In this document: positions 1-11,344 of the stretch, piece by piece
How the letters are laid out: each line of letters opens with the position of its first letter
How positions within the stretch are numbered: position 1 is the stretch's first letter
Assembly (NCBI GenBank): GCA_900088475.1
Contig: FLMG01000057.1
Span: forward strand, 1 to 58,450
Source of the DNA: Hyphochytrium catenoides
Lineage: Eukaryota > Protista > Hyphochytriomycota
DNA: 58,450 nt
Direction: 5' to 3'
Translations under genes and position numbers: made by a program
Notes under the pieces: generated by a model
Databases searched by the model: none
Seen by the model: only the letters and a program-made list of their open reading frames with translations
What the model was told of the DNA's origin: nothing

Positions 1-857
1 TGTCCTAGGACATTCAGAATCGGGAGTACCATGTCACCGGTCCTGCTAGAACCCTGCTTGTTCGTGAGGAGAAGTTCTTTGGCCTTGGCCATCACGTTAG
101 AGACGAAGCATTGAGGCGAATCATCGGGGTGGAGAAAAGATCTTTTATCATCTGCAGATGCTCAGAGAGTCTGTGAGAAGTGCGAATTCCCGTGCTACTT
201 TGGGTTCAGTTCCTGGTAGGTGCGGGTAGGACTTCAAGGCTAAGATACCACCAAGCCTAAGATAAGTAGTGTCGTGGGAATTACCAACTCCTGTATCTGA
301 AATCTCTTCTACTCCGTAGTTCTCAGTTTTCTATCTGTCCATCTCTTTGCTTGAGCTTTATTCTCCCTCTCCTCCTTTAGTAAAGGCGGACTCTGTCTTC
401 CACCCCTCACCCTTGTAAGTTGGACCAAATGTACAGTTCATCCATAAACGACACGATCCATCACCTAAAGGGTAACACCTATCACTAATATCATCTACAT
501 TGATATATTCTATTCAAGATAATAACAGCATCATGTCTTCACAAGGGGGCAGGACATCACAATTTTCCAAAGCGTGTGTCGGCTCAGAATCGGCCAGGTT
601 CCGGGCCAGAGCTTCGCTGTATGTCGCTTCCAAGCAGTGCAGCGCAGCTCCTGTTGGCTCTTGGGGAGGAACAGACAGCAAGCAGGACCGCCCCAGCGAG
701 TGGCGCCACAATCAGACCTTCCCAGACTCCCAGACAGAGCTTCCATCTGACATTTTCAAAGGCCTCTCCCTGCTCGAGCACTATACAACAACGCCCATCC
801 CGCCCTAGCTACCTCAACTGTGTCCAGTTCACGAAGAGGCTCATCGAAAGAGGCAAC

Positions 858-1367
858 ATGCTATCCATCAGGACTGCGATCAGGACCGCGATGGTCGTCC
901 TTGCCATCTCGCTTGGTTCAACTCTCTACTCTGTAGAAGCAGCCTGCGAGACATGTCTCAACCAGCCAGACCCTACCCTCTGTGGCGCTAAAGGCCTCAT
1001 AAGCGCACAAGCTGGCGGTGATTGCCTATGCGATTCCTTCTTAAAGAACCTAGCATGCCTCAAGGAAGAGTCAGATCCAGCTTGTGCCACTACAGCTCAG
1101 ACGATTAAGTCCAGCGTTTGTGTAGACCTTAGCAGCACTACCGGGCTCGGAAAATTTGCTGGAGAGGGTAAATGCAAGAGCCTTCTTGCAGAGCTGGGAT
1201 GTTCAAAAGGAAACTCCTCCCCTTCATCAAGCCCAAAGCCTTCAGACTCCAATGCCCCATCATCGCCTGTAGCAAATGACAACACTCAGAGTGCCGCAGG
1301 TGCTGTTTCTCCTGGAATCATGGTGGCAATTTCCATGGGCGCTCTTGCCGTCGGCCAGATGTTTTAG
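858..1367 (+). CDS. Small secreted Cys-rich protein with Ser/Pro-rich stalk and hydrophobic C-terminus (GPI-anchor-like)
   Basis: ATG at 858 inside ORF 576..1367. Signal-peptide-like MLSIRTAIRTAMVVLAISLGSTLYSVEA, a 10-Cys domain, the linker SSPSSSPKPSDSNAPSSP and the C-terminus SAAGAVSPGIMVAISMGALAVGQMF. Single exon. Confidence 0.75.
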   Translation: MLSIRTAIRTAMVVLAISLGSTLYSVEAACETCLNQPDPTLCGAKGLISAQAGGDCLCDSFLKNLACLKEESDPACATTAQTIKSSVCVDLSSTTGLGKFAGEGKCKSLLAELGCSKGNSSPSSSPKPSDSNAPSSPVANDNTQSAAGAVSPGIMVAISMGALAVGQMF

Positions 1368-1528
1368 AAGGCTAGCAACAGCTATACCAGGGGCTATTTA
1401 AAAGATACTTTGTAAAGCTAACTTATTTTTTACCTGTGAGCTCTAGGTCAGTCCTCTTTGTCCCCTGTCTCACGTCGCTTAGATAACCTGGCCAGCCTTA
1501 CATGGATTCTGTCGGCTACTAATCCTCT

Positions 1529-2998
1529 TTAGAGTATCTGGTCGAGAGCCTTGATGATCCTATCTACCTCGTACGGGGTATTATAGTGCGCCATAGAGAT
1601 CCTGACTACACCATCATTAAGATCCTTAAAGCCCATTGCTTCTGATAGACGATACGCGTACTGCAGGCAGGGAAGAGTGAGTAAGTCTCCTATCAGGAAG
1701 CGGTTGTGACGTATCTAGACGTTTGATGGTGGAAAGCTTTAGCTTACCATATGCCCATTTCTGCATCCTACACCTGTAATTCAAAGCATAAATGTGGGGT
1801 GAGCTTACGGAATCTTTGACAGGGCAGAAGTAGAAAGGAAGCTCGTTGCAATGGAGCTCGGTAAGCGAGTGGGACAACGGACCTGCTTTATGGAGATGCT
1901 GGACAATCTCTGTCGAAGAGAGCCTAGAATGTGCGAAGCTAAAAGTAGGAACGCGAGATGTAGCGGCAGGGTCCTTAGATCCGCACAGCCTCACATCTGG
2001 TTTGGACGATATAAACCCAAGGAATTTCTCCTATAACACATTAGAAGACGTCAAGAGGGCAAGCCAAGATGACGAAGCCTCCAACATTAGCCAATCCTCC
2101 AGCGAAAGAGGAGAAAAATGGTAAAAGGGAGGAGGATATCTTGACTAGCACACAAGCGGAGGGACAGAGGTGAGTAGAAAGAATGGTATCGTTTTTTGGA
2201 TAAGGAGGCCACTTAGACAGAATCAAAGATCGTGGAAGGAGCCTGAGACAGAGCAGGCACCTGCAGAGGCTGTTCCATCCTCGTCATGAGCGCAAACGCC
2301 CTCTCTATCAATTCTCTGCTAACTAGAGTGTCTTGGGGAAGTCCAAGTAACGTAGCGAAGTACTTGGGCAGAGCGGCAAGACCCGAGCAGGCTATGAAAG
2401 AACAACGTGAGATAATCACTTAGATTTTCAGCACCCTTAGTACGACCTTCAAGAGACTCTGATAGGAAGCGGTTGATGAGAGTATCAACGATTGAAAATA
2501 CCTTCATGGTTGGCCGATCCAACCTCATACTTGTACGGTATCTAGCGAAAGAGATAAAAAGAGACGAAGAGAATAAAGAAGTTAGGGCAAGCAGCTTTCC
2601 CTAACTAACCTCCTGTCACTCACCTCATGCTGGTCAATAAAGAACCAGTTAGGTCCCGCCTTCGCGTTCGCGAGTTCATCAAACGCCTCTCTCCTGCCAA
2701 AGAGGACTGCCATATGGGGGCCGTATACCTTGTATACGCTGAAAGTATACCAGTCCACTCCCCAGGACTTCACATCAATGCTGCGGTGAGGAGCATACGC
2801 TACACCATCCACCACCAGCTTGGCGCCTACAGCATGGACCTCAGCCACCACGGCAGGGAGGTTGAGGATATCACCGAGAAGGTTGCTGACATGCGTGACG
2901 GCAACAAGCTGCAGAAATGAAGAATGGAAGGTGAGGTTGAGCCAAGCAAACAGCATGAGGGTAGATTTAACTGGAGCTTACGTAGCGCAGTGACAAAA

Positions 2999-3037
<39 letters not shown>

Positions 3038-3897
3038 AAGCGGAGAGAGAGAGAGAGAAAAGAGGAGAGGGAAGGTAGCCTGGGATAAGGGCAGTAATCG
3101 GCCTTCTTATTGACAGTGAGCAAGCAAATTTTGCTTCCATTCCCCATACCTTGGTCTTCGAACTTAAGACACTCTTGAGGTCATGCAGAGAGCTATCCCC
3201 AGTCTCTGGGTCCACCTTCCACCACTTGATGACCACGCCCTGAGAGGCCAGTTCTATCCACGGTCCGATATTCGACTCATGAGAGGCCTCATGGAGGACA
3301 ATCTCATCTCCGGGCTTAAGAATCTACAACGGCGATGTTATTGAGTTCATTTCTACGTATCCTTTGTGGCCATATTATGAGAGTTACATCCTCTCTTTAC
3401 CTTGCGGTAGCAATTTGCCAGTGTAAAGAATAGATTTGAAGAGCTTGGCCCGATGACAACCTGCAGTAAGGCATGAAGAGAGAGACGGTTGAGAAGCAAT
3501 TAGAGAAAGAAGGCACAAGCGAGCCAAGACAAGAGAGATAATGGCTTGTACCTCTCCAACGTCATGTGCGTTCACCATGTACTTCGCTACTTCGTGTGCC
3601 TCTTCTACTTTCTGGGTGGACTTTGAGGACAAAGGATAGCCCGCGTACAGCTGCGCACACGACTCACGGAAGTGATCGCGGACAGCATCCGCGACGACGT
3701 CTGGCACCTTGATGAAAGGATCGTCAGCAACAGTATCGCTACGTCTACAGCTGGGGAGAATCGGACACCTGCGAGCCTCCAGCATTCTCCATAAACATGA
3801 AGTGCTTCTCGGTCCGTAGGTAATGGTACTGATCCCTAGCCAGCTGGTAGATCTCTGGTGAGACCGCCTCCGCAGTGTTACCGATGCTGCCATTCAT
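1529..3897 (-). CDS. PLP-dependent aminotransferase class V / cysteine desulfurase-like protein (VC1184-type), multi-exon
   Basis: Spliced exons give MNGSIG...FMENAGGSQ-VPDVVADAV, HEASHESNIGPW, VTHVSNLLG, VVDGVAYAPHRSIDV..DWYTFSVYKVYGPH (PLP lysine), RVPTFSF and GVGCRNGHMYAYRL...GVVRISMAHYNTPYEVDRIIKALDQIL*. GT-AG introns. Confidence 0.9.
2996..3072. repeat. (AG)n microsatellite / purine tract in intron
   Basis: agagaaagagagagagagagagagagagag... directly visible. Confidence 0.9.
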
Positions 3898-5253
3898 ATT
3901 TACTGATCTCCCAAGGTTCCGGTGCTCCTTCCTTCTTGGTGGTGGTGCGCTGGCCGATGCAGGCTTTGAAGCAAGCAGAAGAGTGAACAGGTATGGGGCC
4001 CTACCGAAAGCTTGTAGCTTTTTATGCTGGTATGACGGTCTTCAATGCCGGAGAGGGCGAGAGAACAGAGAAAACTGAGAGAGACACAGGGACCATCTAC
4101 CTGAAGGTGGAAGAAGTGGAGAGAAGAGCGAGACCCAAGACCAGGGAGAAAAGAAGAGGAAAAACATCAACATCTCAACCTCTCAAGAGAGCACGAATCT
4201 TGACAAGAACCAGCCTCAGAGCAAATTGAAGAGACAGGGGGAAGACATGCTGCCCGATGTGACACACCTCATGTCAATCGGTGCCCAGAAGGCTAACATA
4301 CAGTGCTACCATCACCTACCGCCTGCCACATGGTGTGGCCTGTCAAGTGCTTAGTTGAAGTTTTTCTGCCCTAACGGCGTGGCTTCTGATCCCGTCGCCC
4401 CGCCCCAGGGATCAGCGCCAGAGATCAATGTCTGTCAGAACCGCATGAGTTAGCTGACAGGCAGATCTGCATCGGAACCTTCAGTGGAGGAGGAGGAAGC
4501 AGCAGCGGAACCAACAGCAGAAAGAGCAGCAGTCCAGCAAGCGGTGTAGCGGAAGTTGAGAGGTAGCTAGGCGATGATGGTGACTGACGATGAGATGTGA
4601 AAGCTGCTGCTGTCTTCTTGATTCAGCATCTTCTTGTCTCATTGCAGCTCTTCCCGTCCCTTGAATGCTGAGGGATAACTCTTTATGTGTTCCTTCCGGT
4701 ACATCATCAAGGCCAACACTCCTGCTGCTTCATCTGCTTTGGTCCTCCCTGCTGGTTCCCGTCGTCCTTCCATTGCTTCTCCCGTTCCGCTTATTGCCCT
4801 GCTGCCTCTTTCTCTCCTCTTCTAGCCGGTCGTTTGTAGGGATGATCAAGGTCTTTACCTCTCTCGCTGCATAGGGGAAGCTCTCCCGCCGGCTGCCTCT
4901 TTGCCCATCCTGTCGCCTCGTTCGACTTATTCTCTCAGCAATGACCGCCCGCCGGCCGTGTCAGGTGATCCCTTACCTATCGAAGTAACTCCCCTGGCCC
5001 TGTTATTTGGTGGCGGGGTGATGGGCTCGCTCCCCTGCTTCCTTGCTCGGCTGCTAGGGGCTGTATACTCTCTCTCTTTCTGTCCGTAGTCCATTCCTTC
5101 CTCTCCTGTTCTTCTCTGAAAATAGTCCGCCACTAGTTGTTAGTTACCTTCTTCATTGACGGCCTGGTATGTACAAGAAGACCTACTATTGCTGATGGCA
5201 TGAAGGCATTGGAGCTCGCTTCATTACGCTGCTTATTATAACATAATGTGCGT

Positions 5254-6297
5254 TCAGAGTTCGGCCAGCACTTGAGCGATGATGTCGCTGTACTTGGCAC
5301 TGTCATCTAGATCCTCCTTTAGCAAGGTGGCCGCCGCCTCATAGTTCGTCGCCATGTTTGTCAATGCGTTCAAGATGAGTGTCTTCTGTGGTTCAGGAAG
5401 GGGAAATTCCATACACAGACAGGCAATCTTGAACTGCTTCCTGGCATGCTCTGGATGATCAGACAATGGATATGTTTTGGCTCTCAAAGTGTTCCACGAG
5501 CGCGCTTCCATCTTAGGCTCTGTCCCCTCAGTAGGATCTGGCAGCTCGACAAGAATGCGACTCAGAAGCTTCATTACCTCTTGAAGATACTCAATCGTAA
5601 CTTTCTGGTGATCCGCAGCAGGCGCCTCGACCTCAATGTTGCGGTAGTATCTCTCACTGTTAGAGTACTTTTGATAGTTGACATTTGGCACCACGGTAAG
5701 TGCCTGACAGACAGCACATGCATTCGTTGTGTTGGTCACACCGTGATGTTGATATCCGCCGCCATTATTGTTTCTGTGAGAGTCACATATCTTGTCGCTT
5801 GGGACCTTGAACATGTCAAAGGACACATTGATCACCGCTTTATTGGAGCCGGAGAGCTTGCTTAGACCATCTTTCAACAGTCTGAGAACATCTTCCATGA
5901 CACTGTCATCACTACAGGCGATAACTCTGCGGTTAATCTCCTTGAGGGCGCCATCAACGCCATGTTTGCCGAAGAGACGGAGATGCTTCAGTTTCTTCCC
6001 CATATCTCGCTTCAGGTTGTTGAGCTCAATATAAGAGTTAATGCTTCCATTGACCTTGACCTTCTCTTGGGGTACTAACTTTAGAGACCTCTTGATGTTG
6101 CGGGAGAGCAGGTCAGTGAACTTGCTGAGTTCATCGACACCTTTCTTATCCTCCACAAGATGAGCCAGTGCACTTGCAGATTCAATGCCCTTGGAGCGAA
6201 GTTCTTTCAGAAAGGCGAGTAGTTCCAAGCGCGTCTCTGCGACTCTGTCCATAGTCTCTTCGTCATGTTCTTGTGGGGAGGCGGTCTCCTTCTCCAT
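5254..6297 (-). CDS. Intronless hypothetical protein, 347 aa
   Basis: Long uninterrupted ATG-to-TGA ORF with globular, helical composition. Contains CDSH...CAVC. No family recognised. Confidence 0.65.
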   Translation of the reverse strand: MEKETASPQEHDEETMDRVAETRLELLAFLKELRSKGIESASALAHLVEDKKGVDELSKFTDLLSRNIKRSLKLVPQEKVKVNGSINSYIELNNLKRDMGKKLKHLRLFGKHGVDGALKEINRRVIACSDDSVMEDVLRLLKDGLSKLSGSNKAVINVSFDMFKVPSDKICDSHRNNNGGGYQHHGVTNTTNACAVCQALTVVPNVNYQKYSNSERYYRNIEVEAPAADHQKVTIEYLQEVMKLLSRILVELPDPTEGTEPKMEARSWNTLRAKTYPLSDHPEHARKQFKIACLCMEFPLPEPQKTLILNALTNMATNYEAAATLLKEDLDDSAKYSDIIAQVLAEL

Positions 6298-6621
6298 ACT
6301 TGCTACTATAGTCTGTGACAGTAGTGAAGCTGCTTCCTCGTAGTAGATTTCTTTTTATGCGCGGTGGTCGGTGTGGGGTGAGAAGAAGATTTGGAAGTGA
6401 GGATGAGAAGTGCCGCCGTCGGTCGGGTGACTGCTAGGCCTGCGTGCTTCTTTTTTCCAACGACTCAATCTTTCAGGTTCTTTTTCATTCCTCTAATCGT
6501 ACTTCTTTCTTATGGCAAGCGATGGTCATAGTGCTTTCTTCTTCTTCTTTCTTACCCCTAACAGAAGATAACAGCAAAAGATCTAATAATAGCACCCATC
6601 CTCACTTTCCTAGTTCCCCAG

Positions 6622-6756
6622 CAACAAGCAACGATCAGCTCAATCAATCTGCACCCTTCGCGACAATGGCTGGCAATCATGAAGACAAGCTTCATCCTAA
6701 CAGAGAGAAGAAGAGGAAGAAGAGCACGATTAATTTGAGCTGATCGTTGCTTGTTG
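6622..6756. repeat. Perfect 22-bp inverted repeat (hairpin / MITE-like)
   Basis: caacaagcaacgatcagctcaa (6622-6643) is the exact reverse complement of ttgagctgatcgttgcttgttg (6735-6756); 91-nt spacer. Confidence 0.9.
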
Positions 6757-8654
6757 TTAAAAATGCCTCAGGTAACTTAGAGAGTGAGGCCAGGTCCATC
6801 CTCCGCAGCCCAGGAAACCTTAACATCCTACGGATATTCTACCTCATTCGTAGTTCTCCTGCTGCTAGTAATATGTGTGATCACTGACCAATTTACTGCC
6901 AGAAGACCTTGAACTCAAAGTCCAGCACTCCACTTCTTGGCCAAAGGAATACCTGGATGAAGAGAATGGCATGTCAGTAGTCCCAACCATCATTCCCTTC
7001 ACTCTTTATTTTCATAGATCTCAATAAGAAGGCACCCACCTCCTCTCCTTCTGCATCATTCAATAGCATCGACGTGGGCTGCCAGCAGCAGCAACTACTA
7101 CTCGGACCAAGAACAGCAAAGAACTGTCACATGCTGTAGAGTCTATTGCTGATCCTCTACTAGGAAGCAGATGAACAGAACATAAACAAAAACTAAGAAC
7201 AGTGAGCACGGTGAAAAATAATGGGAGAAAGAAGAGATGGCTGGAGGAGCTACAGATGAAAAAGCGGCCGCAGCTGGACTAAGAAAATGAATAATAGGCC
7301 CCAGGATAAGCTCCACAACTAGTCATACACGACCATCCATGGCAGCAGCTGCCTCGTTATCCAAGGAAGTCAGTTTAGGGTGGCTTCATAGCAGAGTTGA
7401 CGGACCCGGTCAGAAATCTTGGTCTTCTTCCGTCTTCAGCCTGCCTTCTGTCTAAGGTTATTTGGTTGTTATTGGTCAGTCGGCGGTGGTGGGTCTCTTC
7501 TTCTTCTTCTAATCGACATTTCTGGTCTAGCCATTGCCCCCTGCTAGCCACGCTAAAGCTATTGGATGACTCGACTCGCTGCTGCTGCTGACCTTAGATA
7601 AAGAAGAACTTCTTCTTCTTCTCCAGTCCTCCTACAAAGTAGAACGAAGAAACCCGTCCACCGTTGCTTCTTTCCACCTCTTCTAAGGGTACGCATCTTC
7701 TTGCATGTCCTGCCCACAACGGCCGCCACTTGCATGACGTTTGCATCGTCGGCATCATCGTTGGGGGAAGGCGGTTGTTGTTGATCTTCTCTCATACTAC
7801 TAGTAACAGAAAAGAGCTAGCTGCTAAGTTAGTACTGACTAAATCTTTAAGAAGAAGTGAGAAGAAGAGCGGGAACCAACAACAAAATGCCCATTCATGT
7901 CTCTGACTAGCTGCTTGCGGAGTCGCAATCCGCAGCACTGGATAGTGATAAGTGGAGACGAGGTCATCATCATCCTTGCCGCTCGTCCCTTGTCCACTCT
8001 AGCAGACCCGTAATAAGTGATGATGAATATGTTTTTATGAGTGAGCAGTCGCAGTAACGCGCACCCGCAGACTCATTCCTAGTAAGGGTGGTATGGCCTG
8101 ATGAGAAGGGCAGAAGGTAAAGCAAGCGCAGGCGTCATCACGATCATAAACTATAGCACCAAAACATAGGAAAACACTCTGCTGGGTTTATTGTTAGAGT
8201 CTTCTTGTGCTCGCAGTAGTCCGCAAAGGTATTTACCCATCGCCCTATCACCCTGGTCTCCTAGATAATACGGTCTTAGGCTGCTGACCAGCGATCTATG
8301 ACTCTCCTTTATCTGGGATGATGATGAGCACTTTGAACTTCTTTACTACGCCGTCTAGTTCTGTTACTGGGCCTCGTCATATCCGCACTCAATCTGCTCC
8401 TGCAGGTATTAGTTGCAGCAGCTCTTATCATCTCTTCATCAGCTTTAGCTTCAGGCCTACAGACAATTATGGACTCAGACCGTCAATTGGAAGACGTTCG
8501 CTATTTTTTATTAAGGCGGCTGTGATGGGCTCGTTGGAGCACTATCTGTCGGTTTGTTATTTTTCTTGTTCACTTGCTGCAGATTCGGGGACAAAAGTTA
8601 GCATAGAATAGCGACACAGTTAGTCCTCAGTTGAAGCTCTGCAAGGACTACGTA

Positions 8655-9988
8655 TCAAGCGAACTTTGTAACTCTTACCGTCAGGACGATGGGAAGGATG
8701 ATGGCAAGCAGGACAGCGATGGATATGACGAGAATCAGCAAGCTGGTCCTGTTCCTCTTCTTCTGTTTCCGCTTGGCTTGCTCTAGATGCTCTAAGCCAT
8801 CTCGGACGTCTGTCTCAGCGTGGGAAATGTAGCCTTCTACCGCTTGCACTTTGGCAGCATCTTCGACGGCCAGTTCGTTGACTTGCTGAACAAGCTGCTG
8901 CACTTGATTGGCATCTCTTACTAAGAGATCGTACTCCTCCAAGCGCTATGCGCGGAGAACCCAGGAGAATGTAAGTTGACTCTTCTAATAATAAGTGCTC
9001 AGGCAAAGGAACGCATGGAACTCACCTCAGCAAGGTCGTCGAACTCTCTAGCTGTTACGGTGCCCTCCACTAAAGACTGCTGCAGCGCTTGGATGTCTGC
9101 AGTAGGCGTCATCTGTAGTCCTGGTTGTTGCTGGTCAGAAGAAGTGAAACTTTGATGCATTGAAGAGAGGCGAAGTATGTGTTCCTGCTCTTGACGTGCT
9201 GTCTGCATTTGAAGATCCTTCAGCCTTTCCGCCACCCTGACAAAATCCCTTCATGGGCCATACGATGGATGTCAGAAACGGGAAGCAGTGCTTCATAGCA
9301 CTTCCAAACCAAACCTTTGAAGCTTTCTATGAACCGGTGCTGGTGTACTTCTCAAGCGGCTCTTCTGAGTGAAATATTGGGCTATAGCTGTCGCACAGGC
9401 TGTAGCATCTTCCCGTTTTGTTGAAAGCTAAAAGCGGTAAGGGTTAGTAGGGAAGCGAGACTGCCGAACGGAGGAGAGATGGAAGCGGAGTAGTTTACTT
9501 CCTGCAAATGATGATCAAATGGCTGGATAATAGCGGTGTCATGGTACCTGCTCTCTAAAGGTTCCGCTATCATGTCCCGTACCAAGGAACAGGCTCATCT
9601 GATTTAGGTCTATGCAAAGCTTATCCAACTCTTTGATGCGATCTGCCACCCAAGCATCATCATGCGTGTCCACTATGGGCGTAGGGAACTGCAGTTCCTG
9701 AGCCGTAGGCCCAGAGTCTCTGCTGCCAACATCGCCGCCTCCCGTTTCTATATCACCTTGTCCACAGAGAGACTTAAGCATTGCCGGAAATTGAAAAAAG
9801 GAGTTTTTAGATCCTTTACCTTGATCCGCTGCCGAAGGGCCGGCCGAAGGCGCTCTTCCTTTTGCTTCACGGTGGGCAGGATTGAGACGGCTATACCCTG
9901 GCTCTTCTCCCCAGTATATCTCATCTTGGCTACTGTCACCGCCGCTGGGCAAGTCATGCCTGGTCCGTGAACTTGACGTCCCATACAT
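8655..9988 (-). CDS. Syntaxin-7/Pep12-like Qa-SNARE, multi-exon
   Basis: Habc-like segments (LGTGHDSGTFREQ-LSTKRE; RKLQRDFVRVAERLKDLQ), SNARE heptad RLEEYDLLVRDANQVQQLVQQVNELAVEDAAKVQAVEGYISHAETDVRDGLEHLEQAKRKQKKR, and C-terminal TM LLILVISIAVLLAIILPIVL. Confidence 0.85.
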
Positions 9989-10796
9989 ACCACTAAGACT
10001 GAGGGCTTAAACAGAAGTCGCACAGTACTTTACACAGAGTCTTCGCCAACCAAATAGTAACAAGTAAGAACTCTCTTTCTGCTGGACGTCTACTACTAAG
10101 CTTACTACCTCTGAACGGTATCGACAATGCTGAGTCTAGTCTGATGGCATATCTGAGCGTATTCTACTATGGGCGCTGCTAATGGAGCTGCTGATGGTGT
10201 GCATGTCGCTTTCTCCTTGTCTTTACTGGCCGCTGATCATTGCCCTCTGCATGATGCTGTCTCGTCGTCCTCCTCCTCACTACTCCTTACTAGAATTACC
10301 CGCTAGGTCTCTCACTCACAGCCCGTCCTGTTCCCCTTCTTCCCGATTCTTCATCCTCGGAGGCAGCTGCTGAGGAGATGGAAGAAGAAAGCAGGAGCCA
10401 CAAAGAAGTACGTCGCAGCACTGCTGCTGCTCTACTGCTGTATCACCAGCCGGCAGCACCATCATTCTCCTCATCTTCTCTTCCTCCTCCCGCGTTCTTC
10501 CTTCTTGGTCGCGCCTTTGTTCTGATAGAGTGTCGCTTCCTTTGGACACAGGACGCAAAGGAACTGTTCGCAAAGGAGTCGGGTTATAACCCGAGCCACG
10601 GGGGGACATATCATAGTCACTCACTCATGAATACTCCCAAAAGAGCTCGGGTTGAAGGTTAAGCCCGGGACTTTTGGAGGTGCTCAATAGTCGTGGCAGG
10701 CCTAAACTCGGGTAAGGCCCTCCCCCTCTTGCTTGAAGATGCGGAATGTTTATCCTAGTTTCGTTTGAAGAGAATTTGTAGGGGGTTTTCGTTACT

Positions 10797-11344
10797 TTAT
10801 TTGGACCACAACATGTTCATTAGGCAGTAGTGACTTTCTACTGTTTGCAAGGATTGATGGTGCTGCTTCTTAATTTGTTGATCGTGGTACGAGGTCTGGA
10901 GTGATGGAAGTGGCGGCGTTTCTTCATTTCCTCCAGCTAATAATATCTGTGAAAGTTCTTCAAGTGGATAATAGTGGGAATAATAACATAGCAAGCTTCT
11001 TCCATTTGCTGGGCTCCTTGTTGCAAGGTACGCTTTTGGATCATGGACGACGAGCTGGATTGCCGCATTAGAAAGAAAAGAGGCGACGTGATGAGAGCTT
11101 TGCCTCATTATCGCCGTCTTTCCATCAGTAGCAAGAAAGATTTTGCCTTGCGAACGTAGGTGGAGAAGAAGAAAAAAGATAATGTCTTTAGTAGTAGTAC
11201 AGATCGACAAGCATCATCATGATCAATATCACTATCATATATTGAAAGTGGCTTCCTAGCGGCAGTGATGTTAGAAGGTAAAGAAGTACTGCATAGGTAT
11301 TGATGTAGCATCGTCATTCTTTTACTCTGGAGCAAATTAATCAT
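10797..11344 (-). pseudogene. Possible degenerate, frameshifted ankyrin-like coding remnant
   Basis: Two overlapping short ORFs in different frames. DGKTAIM and NGRSLLCY weakly resemble the ankyrin G.T.L motif. AT-rich context. Confidence 0.2.

Noticed and set aside
1-280. Possible exon of a gene crossing the left window edge
   Set aside because: Short open frames exist on both strands with no recognisable motif, so the strand cannot be decided
4380-4470. Two short hairpins (ctgatccc/gggatcag; tgtctgtcag/ctgacaggca) upstream of the PLP enzyme, considered as a riboswitch
   Set aside because: Stems are only 8-10 bp and TPP or other riboswitch consensus motifs were not found
4640-5133. Minus-strand open frames downstream of the 347-aa ORF
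   Set aside because: Low complexity, no convincing start or splice model and no recognisable homology
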